DNA from: an uncultured Haloferula sp.
Lineage (GTDB): Bacteria > Verrucomicrobiota > Verrucomicrobiia > Verrucomicrobiales > Akkermansiaceae
Reading direction: 5' to 3'
NCBI GenBank assembly: GCA_965652295.1
Contig: CBFGTS010000010.1
Coordinates: 97,907-161,906 of the forward strand
DNA: 64,000 bases
Of this stretch, positions 32,581 through 42,455 are shown in pieces. The stretch's first letter is position 1. Every line of letters starts with the position of its first letter. A program made the translations under genes and the position numbers. Below the pieces are notes generated by a model. It did no database searches, was not told the DNA's origin, and was given only the letters and a program-made list of their open reading frames with translations.

Positions 32581-33144
32581 CTAAAATGACCGCCTCCCGG
32601 AGCCGGATTGGATCAGCTCGGCTTCACCCTCCCATCCCAGCTCGGCGAGATGGGCGAGCACGATATCGAAGGTAGGGATCGTCAGGGAGTCCCGCTCGAT
32701 TTGGAGTTCGTCCCGGGGGAATTGCTGCGGAGGGAGGATTTCTTCGGCCAAGTGAAAGCAGGCCCACGCCCGCCAGGATCGGACTTCGCGCCGCGGACCT
32801 TTCACACGGGTGGCGAGGTGCTGGAAGTGGCGGACCGGATTGCCGAGAAAACCTTGGTCAGGCCGGTGTTTCAGCATCCAAGCCAGCGCCGGATAAGGCG
32901 GTGGCCACTCGCGGAGAACAGGATCATCGGGCTTGAGCTCGGCTCCCCATGCGCGATCCAGAGGAAGAATCGCCCGTGCCGGCAGACCGCGGCACCAGAG
33001 GCACTGAGCGTAGATCAGGGCAGTGAGGTAGAACGCCGGGCCGCGGTCGGAGCCCAAGGCGCGCAGGTCGCGGTAGCTCATTTCCGGACGCGCATCCGGG
33101 AGAAACGGGCACGGCGGCAGGGACCATTCGGGGTGTTCAGACAT
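32581..33144 (-). CDS. Hypothetical protein (187 aa)
   Basis: Protein-like 3' part of ORF 32581..33924 from MSEHPEW; start overlaps the stop of the MFS-acyltransferase gene by 8 nt. Confidence 0.75.
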   Translation of the reverse strand: MSEHPEWSLPPCPFLPDARPEMSYRDLRALGSDRGPAFYLTALIYAQCLWCRGLPARAILPLDRAWGAELKPDDPVLREWPPPYPALAWMLKHRPDQGFLGNPVRHFQHLATRVKGPRREVRSWRAWACFHLAEEILPPQQFPRDELQIERDSLTIPTFDIVLAHLAELGWEGEAELIQSGSGRRSF

Positions 33145-35653
33145 GCTCGGCCTTGGGGATTTCGTGGATGACGAAACCATCGAGTCCGACCTGCATGCCG
33201 TCCGGCAGGCGCAGCGGGCGGTTTCCCGTGGCGGGCCCGGAGATGGTACGTCGGTCGTCGCCGACGGCAAAACCCGGGAGCAATTGGCCGAAGGTGCCTT
33301 TTCGTGAGCCGGATTGAGCCTTTGAGCTGGCGTCGGACGTAGGTGGGTCAGGAAACGACATCGCCACGATGACCCCGCCGACCGTAAGGCAGGGGTAATG
33401 CTGCCAAGTCTCGACGGCGAGCGGCTCGGAGGCGCGGGACCCGAAATCGAAAAACACGGCTTGGCCGCTCGGACGGACCCCTTTCTCGATGGCCACGCGC
33501 AGGGCGTCGCCACCGACCCAGCGGGCAATCCCGGAGCCGGCCGGTGTCTCGTGGCTTTCCAACCGGGCGCGGAACAACCGCGAGAAGGCGGGTAAGCCGG
33601 GAAGTGCGTCGATTTCCGGATCGAAGGCCAAGCGGCCGAAAGGTGTGCGCCGTGGCAGGGCGTTGATCTGCCCGAGCTGGTAGCCATTGGCAGTGGCGGC
33701 CGGATCGCTCCGCCACGCCGTGAGGCGTGAGGCGATGGCCGCGACGGAGCTCTCCAGCATGCCGCGGTGGATGCTCTCGATCGTGGCTCCTGTGAGCGGG
33801 GCACCGAAGGCGATCCCAATCCCATAGGGGACGCGGTAGGGAAACTTGCGGAAAAATCGGTTCCGCTCGAACGAGAAGATCGATCCCCACGCTCCATCCA
33901 TCCACACCGGCACGACCGGGGCACCTGCCTGACGGGCGATCAGTTCCGCGCCGCGTTGGAGCGGCTGCAGCGTTCCCGTGCGGGTGAGCTGGCCTTCGGG
34001 AAAAAGACAGACCACATGGCCGGCCGCCAGGGCGTCGGCCGCGACCCGCAGAGCTTCGCGCGGGCGGCCCAACGAAAGCGGCACGGTGTCGAAGATGGTG
34101 CAGAACCAGCGCACCGGCCGGTATTTCATGTAGGCCGCGTCCATCACGAAGCGCACCGGGCGTGGACTGGCGGCGGTCAGGAAAAACGCATCCGCCCAGC
34201 TCACGTGGTTCGGCAGCAGGAGCACGCCCCCCTTTTCGGGGACGTGGTGGGCGTCCACCGCCCGGATCCGGTAGAAGGTGCGGATGATCGACAGCCCGAC
34301 GACGCGGACGAAGTGGGCGGGCAGCAGCCGGATGATTCCCCAAGTCATCGCTCCAGAGCCCAACGCGGCGACAACCAGCAGCCACCGCAGGCCCGTCAAA
34401 GGATCAAAACCGGAGAGCAGCTTCGTGCCCAGAGCGATGAAGATCACTGCAAGGATTCCGGCCAGGCAGTCCTGCAGATTCACCGCCGATTGCAGCTCGC
34501 CGCGTTTGTTTGCCGGATAGCGGTCCTGGATCCACGCGTTCAAGGGCGCGAGGAAGAGGGCGGCAAAGAATGCCAGCAGCGTCATCACCCACAGAAATGC
34601 CGTGTGCCAGGCGGCTGCGGACCCGGACGTCAGCAAATCCAGGCTGCGCCGGGGATCGAGGGCGGCGAGCACCAACGAGGTCACTGTCATCAGCACGCCG
34701 GCCACCGGCACCCAGCCGAGCTCGATCCGCCGCCGCAGGAGATATGAGGCGACCCCGAAACCCGCCGCCATGCCGATTCCCGCTGCGGCCATGAACCACG
34801 ATTGCAAGGTGCCGAAACCTTGGCCCGAGGCGGTCAGCTCCGCGGCGATCTTGATCGCCCACAGGTTGAGAAACGCCGCGAAACCCCAGAAGAAGGCGAT
34901 GCCCAACGCGGCGAGCCGCATCGGCCCGTCCGACCACAGCTCGCGCAAGTGCGTGAAGTGCTCGACCGTGGTCTTCCATTTCAGCGGCGGCGCGCCTTGG
35001 GCCGGTGTCTTCGGGACGATGAGCGCTAGCAGGATGGCCGGAATGCCCCCGAGCATGATGATCCACAGAGGTCCGGCCGCGGCACGCCACGCGGCCTCGT
35101 CGTTTCCCCCGCCATCGATGTAGCGGTGGTCGAAAAGAAAGCCCATCGCGATTTGACCGACGAGGATGGCCAGCATCGCGCACATCTGCTGGACCCCCGC
35201 GCCGAAGCCGAGGTGCTTCGAGCCGATCAGTTCCTTGGTGATGCCGACCTTCGCCGGACCGAAGAAGGCCGATTGGATTGCCAGCGCGAAGAAGCCCATC
35301 AGGGCCAGGGGCATGTTACGGAAATGGACCGAGGCCGCGAGCCAGACGAGAATCGAAAGCTGGGCGATCGCCGCGCCGAGCATGACGTTGCGTTTCGAAA
35401 AGCGATCGCTCACCCAGCCCGCGAGCGGAGCGAAGAGCACGAAGGGAAGGGCAATCATGAGCCCGGCGGCGTCCTCGATGCGGAGCCCGAACAGCGTCGC
35501 GCCGACCGCCCCGGCGAGCGGCACGAGGATGAACTGCGCGGCCTTGTCGTTGAAGGCGTTCTGGGTCTGCTGGACGATCATGCTCCAGAAGCCCGTCCAC
35601 TGCCTGCGGTCGGGTTCGGGATGATCGGGTTCCGGCCTCGCCGCGGGGTTCAT
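33137..35653 (-). CDS. MFS (LplT-like) transporter fused to PlsC-type acyltransferase (Aas-like) with a degenerate C-terminal domain
   Basis: QTQNAFND, LPFVLFAPLAGWVSDRFSKR, FFGPAKVG, about 12 TM helices; LPNHVSWAD (HxxxxD), LFPEGQLTRTG. Confidence 0.88.
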   Translation of the reverse strand: MNPAARPEPDHPEPDRRQWTGFWSMIVQQTQNAFNDKAAQFILVPLAGAVGATLFGLRIEDAAGLMIALPFVLFAPLAGWVSDRFSKRNVMLGAAIAQLSILVWLAASVHFRNMPLALMGFFALAIQSAFFGPAKVGITKELIGSKHLGFGAGVQQMCAMLAILVGQIAMGFLFDHRYIDGGGNDEAAWRAAAGPLWIIMLGGIPAILLALIVPKTPAQGAPPLKWKTTVEHFTHLRELWSDGPMRLAALGIAFFWGFAAFLNLWAIKIAAELTASGQGFGTLQSWFMAAAGIGMAAGFGVASYLLRRRIELGWVPVAGVLMTVTSLVLAALDPRRSLDLLTSGSAAAWHTAFLWVMTLLAFFAALFLAPLNAWIQDRYPANKRGELQSAVNLQDCLAGILAVIFIALGTKLLSGFDPLTGLRWLLVVAALGSGAMTWGIIRLLPAHFVRVVGLSIIRTFYRIRAVDAHHVPEKGGVLLLPNHVSWADAFFLTAASPRPVRFVMDAAYMKYRPVRWFCTIFDTVPLSLGRPREALRVAADALAAGHVVCLFPEGQLTRTGTLQPLQRGAELIARQAGAPVVPVWMDGAWGSIFSFERNRFFRKFPYRVPYGIGIAFGAPLTGATIESIHRGMLESSVAAIASRLTAWRSDPAATANGYQLGQINALPRRTPFGRLAFDPEIDALPGLPAFSRLFRARLESHETPAGSGIARWVGGDALRVAIEKGVRPSGQAVFFDFGSRASEPLAVETWQHYPCLTVGGVIVAMSFPDPPTSDASSKAQSGSRKGTFGQLLPGFAVGDDRRTISGPATGNRPLRLPDGMQVGLDGFVIHEIPKAEHV

Positions 35654-35723
35654 GCGGCGGAGGCTAGGCGCGCATTTCCGGTGGGGAAAGCCTGGATGGT
35701 CTGCCGCGGCCGGTCGCCTTCAC

Positions 35724-36845
35724 CTATTCGCGCCACTCCCCGCGCTGTTCGCGTTCCAGCTCGATACGGTCGTTGAGGTTGCGGGCCTTGACCCGGTGGT
35801 TTCTTTTCGCCCGGCGCTCGGTGGTCATCTGGCGCTTCTTCGCCCGGTGGCGGAGTTTTTCGATCTCCTCATCGAGGCGCAGGAAACTCTCAAGCCGCGG
35901 CGGTTCGAGCTTGCCCGATTCGACCGCTTCGCGGATCGCGCAGCCCTTGTCGGTGCCATGTTTGCAGTCGCTGAACTTGCACTCGGCCACGAGTGCTTCG
36001 ACGTCGGCGAAGCTGTCGCGGAGCGTCTGCTCATCGGTCCACATCTGGATTTCCCGCATCCCGGGGTTGTCGATCAGCAGGCCGCCGTCATCGAGCGGCA
36101 CCAATTCCCGCGAGACGGTGGTGTGGCGACCCTTGCCGGTGACTTCGTTGACTTCGCCCGTCCACTGCCATTCTTCGCCGAGGAGCTGGTTGACCAGCGT
36201 GGATTTTCCGACGCCGGACGATCCCACGATGCATAGCGTCACACCCGGCTGCAGGTGGCGCTTGAGGATTTCCAAACCCTGACCGCGCAGCGCGCTGGTG
36301 ATGTGGATTTCCGCCTCCGGCGAAAGAGCCTGCAGCTCCTGTGCGGCGGCCTTGCAGACTTCGGGAGGAAAGGCATCGGACTTGTTGATGAGGACCAGCG
36401 GCTTGGCCCCGCTGCGGCCGATCAGCGCGAAGTAGCGCTCCATCCGCCGCGGGTTGTGATCGGGGCCGGGATCGGTGACCACGCAGACGATGTCGACGTT
36501 CGCACCGATGACCTGCTCCTCGCTGCTCTTGCCGGGGACCTTGCGGGAAAAGCAGGACCGGCGGGTGAGGCGCGCCCGGATCACGTGGTCCTCGTTTTCG
36601 CCGCCGAGTTCCAGCGCAACCCAATCGCCCACCGCCGGGAGTTCGGCGTCGTTCGCGGCGTCGTGCCAGACCTTGCCGGAGAGGACGACGTCGAGGTCCA
36701 CCAGATCGCCTTCGTCATCGATGATGAAAGCGCCGTAGTTGATCGGCGTTTCGCGGTTCAATCGCGCGGGCACCCAGCCGCGCTGCGCGAGCGGTGTGAA
36801 TTCGCGTTCGAGGTCATCGGACCAGCCGAGGTCGGTGAGAAGCAT
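35724..36845 (-). CDS. rsgA: Ribosome small subunit-dependent GTPase A
   Basis: PAVGDWV, QVIGANVD, INKSD, GSSGVGKSTLVN, GRHTT, IDNPGMRE, C-terminal CKFSDCKH..DKGC zinc site. Confidence 0.96.
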   Translation of the reverse strand: MLLTDLGWSDDLEREFTPLAQRGWVPARLNRETPINYGAFIIDDEGDLVDLDVVLSGKVWHDAANDAELPAVGDWVALELGGENEDHVIRARLTRRSCFSRKVPGKSSEEQVIGANVDIVCVVTDPGPDHNPRRMERYFALIGRSGAKPLVLINKSDAFPPEVCKAAAQELQALSPEAEIHITSALRGQGLEILKRHLQPGVTLCIVGSSGVGKSTLVNQLLGEEWQWTGEVNEVTGKGRHTTVSRELVPLDDGGLLIDNPGMREIQMWTDEQTLRDSFADVEALVAECKFSDCKHGTDKGCAIREAVESGKLEPPRLESFLRLDEEIEKLRHRAKKRQMTTERRAKRNHRVKARNLNDRIELEREQRGEWRE

Positions 36846-36974
36846 GTGCACGAAGCATCGGGCAAGGAGCGGCGCACGTCCACAGGGAACGCGGGTGATC
36901 CATGGGTGGCTGCCGGAAGGATTTCGGACACTTTCTCCTTGCTGGAGTGCAGCCGGTCCCGGGACGTTCCGGAG

Positions 36975-37643
36975 GTGAATTGTTCGAAATGTGGCGGGCG
37001 ATTGGAGGGAAGCATGACCGTCTGCCAGTTCTGTGGCACGCGGCAGGAGATCGACCTGCGTCAGGTGAATTTCCGGGATCTGGGAAACGAGGCTTCCTTG
37101 CCCTGCCCGGAGTGCCAGTCGGATCTGGACGTGATCGAATTCGAGATGGAGCCTCCCATCCGGATCGAGCGTTGCGGATCATGCCGCGGGTTGTTCTTCA
37201 ATCCGGGCGAGCTGGAGACGCTGCTGGAGGCGACCACCAGCTCGGTGGTTTGGCTGGATCGCCAGCAATGGGCGTCGATCTCAGAGCAGTTTGAGTTCGA
37301 TGGTGAGGTCATCTATCGCAAGTGCCCGTTCTGCCGTGAAATGATGAGCCGGAAGAATTTCGCGGGACGGAGCGGAGTGATTCTCGATCGATGTCCGGCG
37401 CACGGAATATGGCTTGGAGCCGGTGAGTTTCGGAGGCTGACGGAGTGGTGGCGGGCGGGAGGCAAGCACGTGCATCAGAATCATGAGCAGGAAAGGGCAC
37501 AACGTGTGAAGTCCTCCCATTTCCGTCGCCGTCGGCACCGGCCGTCCCCTGGGGCACCGGATCCACCGGAAGATGAATATCTCTCGGGTGGCGAGGCAGT
37601 CGTAGAGGTCTTGAAGGATCTCTTGAGGGCGTTCGTGAAATGA
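36975..37643 (+). CDS. zf-TFIIB-like multi-zinc-ribbon protein
   Basis: GTG start after GGAG; CSKC..CQFC, CPEC..CGSCRGLFFNPGEL, CPFC..CPAHGIWLGAGEF. Confidence 0.82.
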   Translation: MNCSKCGGRLEGSMTVCQFCGTRQEIDLRQVNFRDLGNEASLPCPECQSDLDVIEFEMEPPIRIERCGSCRGLFFNPGELETLLEATTSSVVWLDRQQWASISEQFEFDGEVIYRKCPFCREMMSRKNFAGRSGVILDRCPAHGIWLGAGEFRRLTEWWRAGGKHVHQNHEQERAQRVKSSHFRRRRHRPSPGAPDPPEDEYLSGGEAVVEVLKDLLRAFVK

Positions 37644-37656
37644 TCGAGGACGTCTC

Positions 37657-39186
37657 CTAAGCCAGCAAATCGCGGATGACGCGGGCGGGTTGGGTGCCGG
37701 TGAGCTTTTGATCGAGGCCTTGGAACTTGAAGGTCAGCCGCTCGTGATCCACGCCGAGGAGGTGAAGGATGGTCGCGTTGAGATCCCGGATGTGCATCGG
37801 GTCCTTCACGATGTTGTAGGAAAAATCATCGGTCTCACCGTACACCATGCCCGGCTTCACGCCGCCGCCGGCCATCCACATGGAAAAGCATCGCGGATGG
37901 TGGTCGCGACCGTAATCCTTCTCAGTCAGTCCGCCTTGGGAGTAAACCGTGCGGCCGAACTCGCCTCCCCAGACGACCAGCGTGTCGTCGAGCAGGCCCC
38001 GTTGTTTCAAATCGGAAATGAGCGCCGCGGTGGGCTGGTCGATGTCCTCGCAGAGGATGGGCATGCGCTCGGGCAGGTTCGCGTGGGTGTCCCAGCCGCG
38101 GTGGAAAATCTGGGTGAACCGCACGCCGCGCTCGGCCATCCTGCGGGCCATGAGGCAGTTGTAGGCATAGGTTCCGGGCTCCTTGGCTTTCGGTCCGTAC
38201 ATTTGCCACACGGATTCGGGCTCGCCGGAGAGATCGGTCAGCTCCGGCACCGAGGCCTGCATCCGGAAGGCCATTTCATACTGGGCGATGCGGGCATTCG
38301 TCTCGGGATCGCCGATGCGCTCGTGGAGCTGGCGGTTCATCTCGTTGACGCCATCGATCATCTGGCGGCGGAGTTCGCGGGATATGCCATCGGGGTTGGA
38401 GAGATGAATCACCGGATCGCCGCCGGAGCGCAGGGCCACGCCGGCGTGATCGGGTGAGAGGAAACCTGCCGACCAAAGGCGTGACGACAGGGCCTGGATG
38501 TTCTGGTTGACCGGCAGCTTCGAGGTGAGCACGATGAAAGTCGGCAGGTCTTCGTTGAGCGATCCGAGACCGTAGGAAATCCACGAGCCGATCGAGGGTT
38601 TGCCGCCGATCATGTTGCCGGTGTTGGCGAGCAGGATGGCGGGCTCGTGGTTGATCGCATCGGTGTGGAGCGAGCGGATCACGGCGAACTCGTCCGCCAC
38701 CTTGGCGGTGTGCGGCAGCAGGTCGCTGACCCAATGGCCTGCGTGACCGTATTGCTGGAACTTGAAGAGTGAGGGGGCGACGGGAAAGCGGGTCTGGGAG
38801 GCGGTCATGCCGGTCAGGAGCTGACCGCCGCGGATCGACTCGGGCAGATCCTGATTGAAGCGCTCCGCCAGCCCCGGCTTGTAGTCCCAGGTCTCGAGTT
38901 GGGAGGGAGCGCCGGCCATGTAGAGGTAGATGGCACGCTTCGCCCGGGGCGCGAAGTGGGGCGCCAGCGGTGTGTCGGCAGCGAGGGCGTGACCCATCAG
39001 GCCCGCCCGCCCTGCCAAGGCGGAGAGTCCGGCCCAGGCCATGGATTTCCCGGCGCGACTGAGAAACTGACGGCGGGTGGCAAGGCGGAGCCACTCGTGT
39101 TTGAGGGAGTCCGGCACGGGAAGGTCCAGCATCGAGGCTCCTTCGCCACCATGATCGGAACAGAGATGGGCATCGTGGGCGGACAT
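37657..39186 (-). CDS. DUF1501 domain protein (Tat-exported)
   Basis: TRRQFL twin-arginine signal; [65 protein letters not shown]. Confidence 0.92.
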   Translation of the reverse strand: MSAHDAHLCSDHGGEGASMLDLPVPDSLKHEWLRLATRRQFLSRAGKSMAWAGLSALAGRAGLMGHALAADTPLAPHFAPRAKRAIYLYMAGAPSQLETWDYKPGLAERFNQDLPESIRGGQLLTGMTASQTRFPVAPSLFKFQQYGHAGHWVSDLLPHTAKVADEFAVIRSLHTDAINHEPAILLANTGNMIGGKPSIGSWISYGLGSLNEDLPTFIVLTSKLPVNQNIQALSSRLWSAGFLSPDHAGVALRSGGDPVIHLSNPDGISRELRRQMIDGVNEMNRQLHERIGDPETNARIAQYEMAFRMQASVPELTDLSGEPESVWQMYGPKAKEPGTYAYNCLMARRMAERGVRFTQIFHRGWDTHANLPERMPILCEDIDQPTAALISDLKQRGLLDDTLVVWGGEFGRTVYSQGGLTEKDYGRDHHPRCFSMWMAGGGVKPGMVYGETDDFSYNIVKDPMHIRDLNATILHLLGVDHERLTFKFQGLDQKLTGTQPARVIRDLLA

Positions 39187-39192
39187 GAACAA

Positions 39193-42100
39193 CTACTTGG
39201 TGAGGGTTTCGTCGAGGTTGAGGAACTGATTCGCCACCAGCGTCCACGTTGCGATTTCGATGGGATCGAGCGACTCGTCCCGCGCGGCTTCACCGGTCTT
39301 CAGCAAGGCCTCGGCATCCGCGGCGCGGTGCTGGAAATGCCGGGTGAAGGCGTCGAGGCTTTTCCTCAGGACGGTTGCTTCGCTTTTCCGCAGGGGACGG
39401 GAGAGCAGGGTGCGGGCGAGGAAATCGAGGCGCTCGGAGGGCGAGCCGTGATGATGGAGGGTGCGTTCGGCCAGCTTCCGTGCGGCTTCGACAAACTGCG
39501 GATCGTTCAGGGTGACGAGAGCCTGCAGCGGGGTGTTGGTGCGGGCGCGCCGGGTGCAGATGACTTCCCGCGCCGGAGCGTCGAACGTTTCGAGCGAGGG
39601 CGGTGGGGCGAAGCGTTTCCAGAAGGTGTAGAGCGAGCGGCGGTAGAGGGCATCGCCGTGGTCCTGCTTGTAGTGAAGCGTGTCGGATTCCGGCATCGAG
39701 ACCGCTTCCCAGATGCCGGGGGGTTGATAGGGCTTCACCGAGGGGCCTCCGGTTTTTTCCACAAGCAAACCGGATGCCTGCAAGGCCGTGTCCCGCAGCA
39801 TCTCGGCATCCATGCGAAAGCGCGGACCGCGCGAAAGCAGACGGTTGTCAGGGTCGGTTTCCAGCTTTTCAGGGGCGATGCGATGGCTCTGGCGATAGGT
39901 GGCGGAGGTGAGGAGCAGGCGGTAGATGTGGCGGATGTCCCAGCCGGATTCGCGGAACTCCACCGCCAGCCAGTCGAGCAGCTCGGGATGGGTGGGGCGC
40001 GCGCCCATGATGCCGAAGTCGTCCGGTGTATCGATCAGGCCCGTTCCGAAAACCTCCTGCCACACGCGATTGACCGTCACGCGGGCGAAGAGCGGATGCT
40101 CCGGCGTCAGCAGCCAATCGGCCAGATCGAGACGGGTCGCTCGGGCGGGTGAGGAAAGCGGCGGCAGAAAGTCGGGCGTGGCGGCCACCACCAGCTCCTT
40201 GCGCGCGGAGTAGACCCCGCGGTCGAGCACCCAGGCGTAGGCGGGACCGCTACGCTCCCTGGCGATCAGGGTGGCGTTGCCGTCTTTCCCGAGCTCCGCC
40301 ATTTCCGCCTCCGCGGCGGCGATTTCCTCACGAAGCCGCCGGGCTTCGTCGTCCTGCGATCCGAGGAAATACCGGGTGATGCCGAGAAACCGCTCGCCGG
40401 GCGACCAGGTGGCCGGATCGGGTGAGGCTTCGACCAGGCGGGCGGCGGGGTCCTCCTCCGGGAGGCGCGCGATTTCCTGTTCGGTCAAGGCACGGTGGTA
40501 GAGCCGCAGGTCCTGGAAGCTGGTCTCGCGCAGAAAATCCGTTTCGTGCCGCCGTCCCAGTTCGAGCGGGAAGTCCGCCCGCATGCTGTCGCCCGGCTTC
40601 AGGCTGTCGTGGAGCACGGTCAACGGAGCCGGCAGGCCGTTGAGGAAAATCCTGGCCCCGGCGGCGCTACGGCTTCCATCGTAGCTGACGGCGATGTGAA
40701 CCCATTCCCCGCGCGGCAGCCCCGGGGTCTCGACGTGGATCGCGCTGTCCGGCCAGCTCGAAATGAGCTGGAATTCAAGTTTGTCGCCGTTGATGTGGAT
40801 ATCCCAGCCCCGGTAGTGGTCGTCCGATTCTCCGCCCATCCTGGCGACCAGGGCACCGTTGCCGGTGCTGGTGTTCGCGGGCTTCAGCCGCAAGCGGGCC
40901 CAAGTGGCGAAGGTGAAGGCGTCGTCGATTTCGAAGTCCCCTTGATCCGGCATGGCAATTCGGGTGGCGATATCCATCCGCATCGAGGGCCAGAACCAGA
41001 GGTCCTCACCCCAGACCAGGGGATTGGTGACCGCCTCATAGGATGCGCTGACGGCTCCGGGGGCGGAATTCTTGACCTGATCCCCAGCGGCCTCGTTGAA
41101 ACGGAGGTGCAGGGCCAGGGCTTCGGTGGAAACCGGTTCGGGTTGGTTGCCTGCGGCGATCCACCGCGCCATGCGGTCCGAGGCGGAAATACGGAGGGTC
41201 TCGTACTTCGCCATCGCCTCGGATCTCCGTTTCACCGCCTCGTCGAAACCACCGCGGTGATCTTCGTCCGGCAGCCGCAGGACGGGCGCGGGCGTGGCGA
41301 TGTTCTCGTCCCACGGTCGCTCGGCGGTGTTGGAGAAAAACGCGCTGAGGGCGTAGAAGTCCCGCTGAAGGGTGGGATCGAACTTGTGATCGTGGCAGGC
41401 GGCGCAACCGATCGTGAGCCCGAGGAAGGTGCCGCCGAAGGCTTCGGTGCGGTCGCGGCTGTTGTTGATGTGGACCTCCTCGGGAATCGTGCCGCCTTCG
41501 TTGGTCGAGACGTTGCAGCGCAAGTAGCCGGTCGCGATCAGGCTGTCGGTCGTGGCATCCGGAAGGAGGTCGCCAGCCAGCTGCTCGCGGACGAAGCGGT
41601 CGAAGGGCTTGTTTTCCTGAAACGACCGAATGACATAGTCGCGATACGGCCAGATGGCGCGGTAGTTGTCGAAATGCAGACCGTGGGTGTCGGCATAGCG
41701 GACGTAGTCAAGCCAGTATCGAGTACGATGTTCGGCGTAGGCCGGAGTATCGAAAAGCCGGTCGAGATGCGCGGCATAGACCTCGGGTGTGGGATCCGTG
41801 ACAAATGCTTCGACTTCGGCGGGATCGGGCAGGAGACCGGTCAAATCAAGCGTGGCCCGCCGGATGAGATTCCTCGGATCCTCAGGCGGTTCGGGTTGGA
41901 GCCCGGCGGCGGCCAGCTTACGGAGCACGAAGGCATCGATCGGATTTGCTGACCCATGCGGGTGGGGAATTTCCGGAACCGGTGGACGTGCCGGAGGCTC
42001 GAATGCCCAGTGCTTCTCGAACACGGCACCCTCGGCCACCCAACGTTCGAGCAGGTGGATTTGTTCCGGCGAAAGCGTTTTGTGCGACTCTGGAGGCGGC

Positions 42101-42387
42101 ATGATGAAGGAGCGCCGCTTGGACCGGATGCGCTTGAGAAGTTCCGAAGCTTCGGGATCACCGGGCACGATCACGGGCTTTCCATTTTCTCGGATCGCGA
42201 GGGCTTCGTCAGGCAGATCGAGCCGCAACGGCTCTTCGTACGGCTCGCGGGTGCCTTCATCCGGACCGTGACAATGGTAGCAGTATTCCGAGAGGATCGG
42301 CTGGATGTCGGCATTGAACGACACCGGAGATTGACCCCCAGCGATCGCCACGAGGCCGATCAAGCCGACGGTCGGGAAATGCCACAT
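39193..42387 (-). CDS. PSD1/planctomycete cytochrome c domain protein (PSCyt1 + DUF1549 + LamG-like + DUF1553)
   Basis: FNADIQPILSEYCYHCHGPD, WLDYVRYADTHG, CAACHDHKFDP, LamG-like insert (WVHIAVSYDG), HPELLDWLA, RRSLYTF, TNTPLQAL. Confidence 0.92.
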   Translation of the reverse strand: MWHFPTVGLIGLVAIAGGQSPVSFNADIQPILSEYCYHCHGPDEGTREPYEEPLRLDLPDEALAIRENGKPVIVPGDPEASELLKRIRSKRRSFIMPPPESHKTLSPEQIHLLERWVAEGAVFEKHWAFEPPARPPVPEIPHPHGSANPIDAFVLRKLAAAGLQPEPPEDPRNLIRRATLDLTGLLPDPAEVEAFVTDPTPEVYAAHLDRLFDTPAYAEHRTRYWLDYVRYADTHGLHFDNYRAIWPYRDYVIRSFQENKPFDRFVREQLAGDLLPDATTDSLIATGYLRCNVSTNEGGTIPEEVHINNSRDRTEAFGGTFLGLTIGCAACHDHKFDPTLQRDFYALSAFFSNTAERPWDENIATPAPVLRLPDEDHRGGFDEAVKRRSEAMAKYETLRISASDRMARWIAAGNQPEPVSTEALALHLRFNEAAGDQVKNSAPGAVSASYEAVTNPLVWGEDLWFWPSMRMDIATRIAMPDQGDFEIDDAFTFATWARLRLKPANTSTGNGALVARMGGESDDHYRGWDIHINGDKLEFQLISSWPDSAIHVETPGLPRGEWVHIAVSYDGSRSAAGARIFLNGLPAPLTVLHDSLKPGDSMRADFPLELGRRHETDFLRETSFQDLRLYHRALTEQEIARLPEEDPAARLVEASPDPATWSPGERFLGITRYFLGSQDDEARRLREEIAAAEAEMAELGKDGNATLIARERSGPAYAWVLDRGVYSARKELVVAATPDFLPPLSSPARATRLDLADWLLTPEHPLFARVTVNRVWQEVFGTGLIDTPDDFGIMGARPTHPELLDWLAVEFRESGWDIRHIYRLLLTSATYRQSHRIAPEKLETDPDNRLLSRGPRFRMDAEMLRDTALQASGLLVEKTGGPSVKPYQPPGIWEAVSMPESDTLHYKQDHGDALYRRSLYTFWKRFAPPPSLETFDAPAREVICTRRARTNTPLQALVTLNDPQFVEAARKLAERTLHHHGSPSERLDFLARTLLSRPLRKSEATVLRKSLDAFTRHFQHRAADAEALLKTGEAARDESLDPIEIATWTLVANQFLNLDETLTK

Positions 42388-42455
42388 GCACCGCATATGG
42401 CAAAAGAACGCAGGTGCCCGCGGCGGTGTTTCAGGAGATTGCCCGCATGTCGGTG

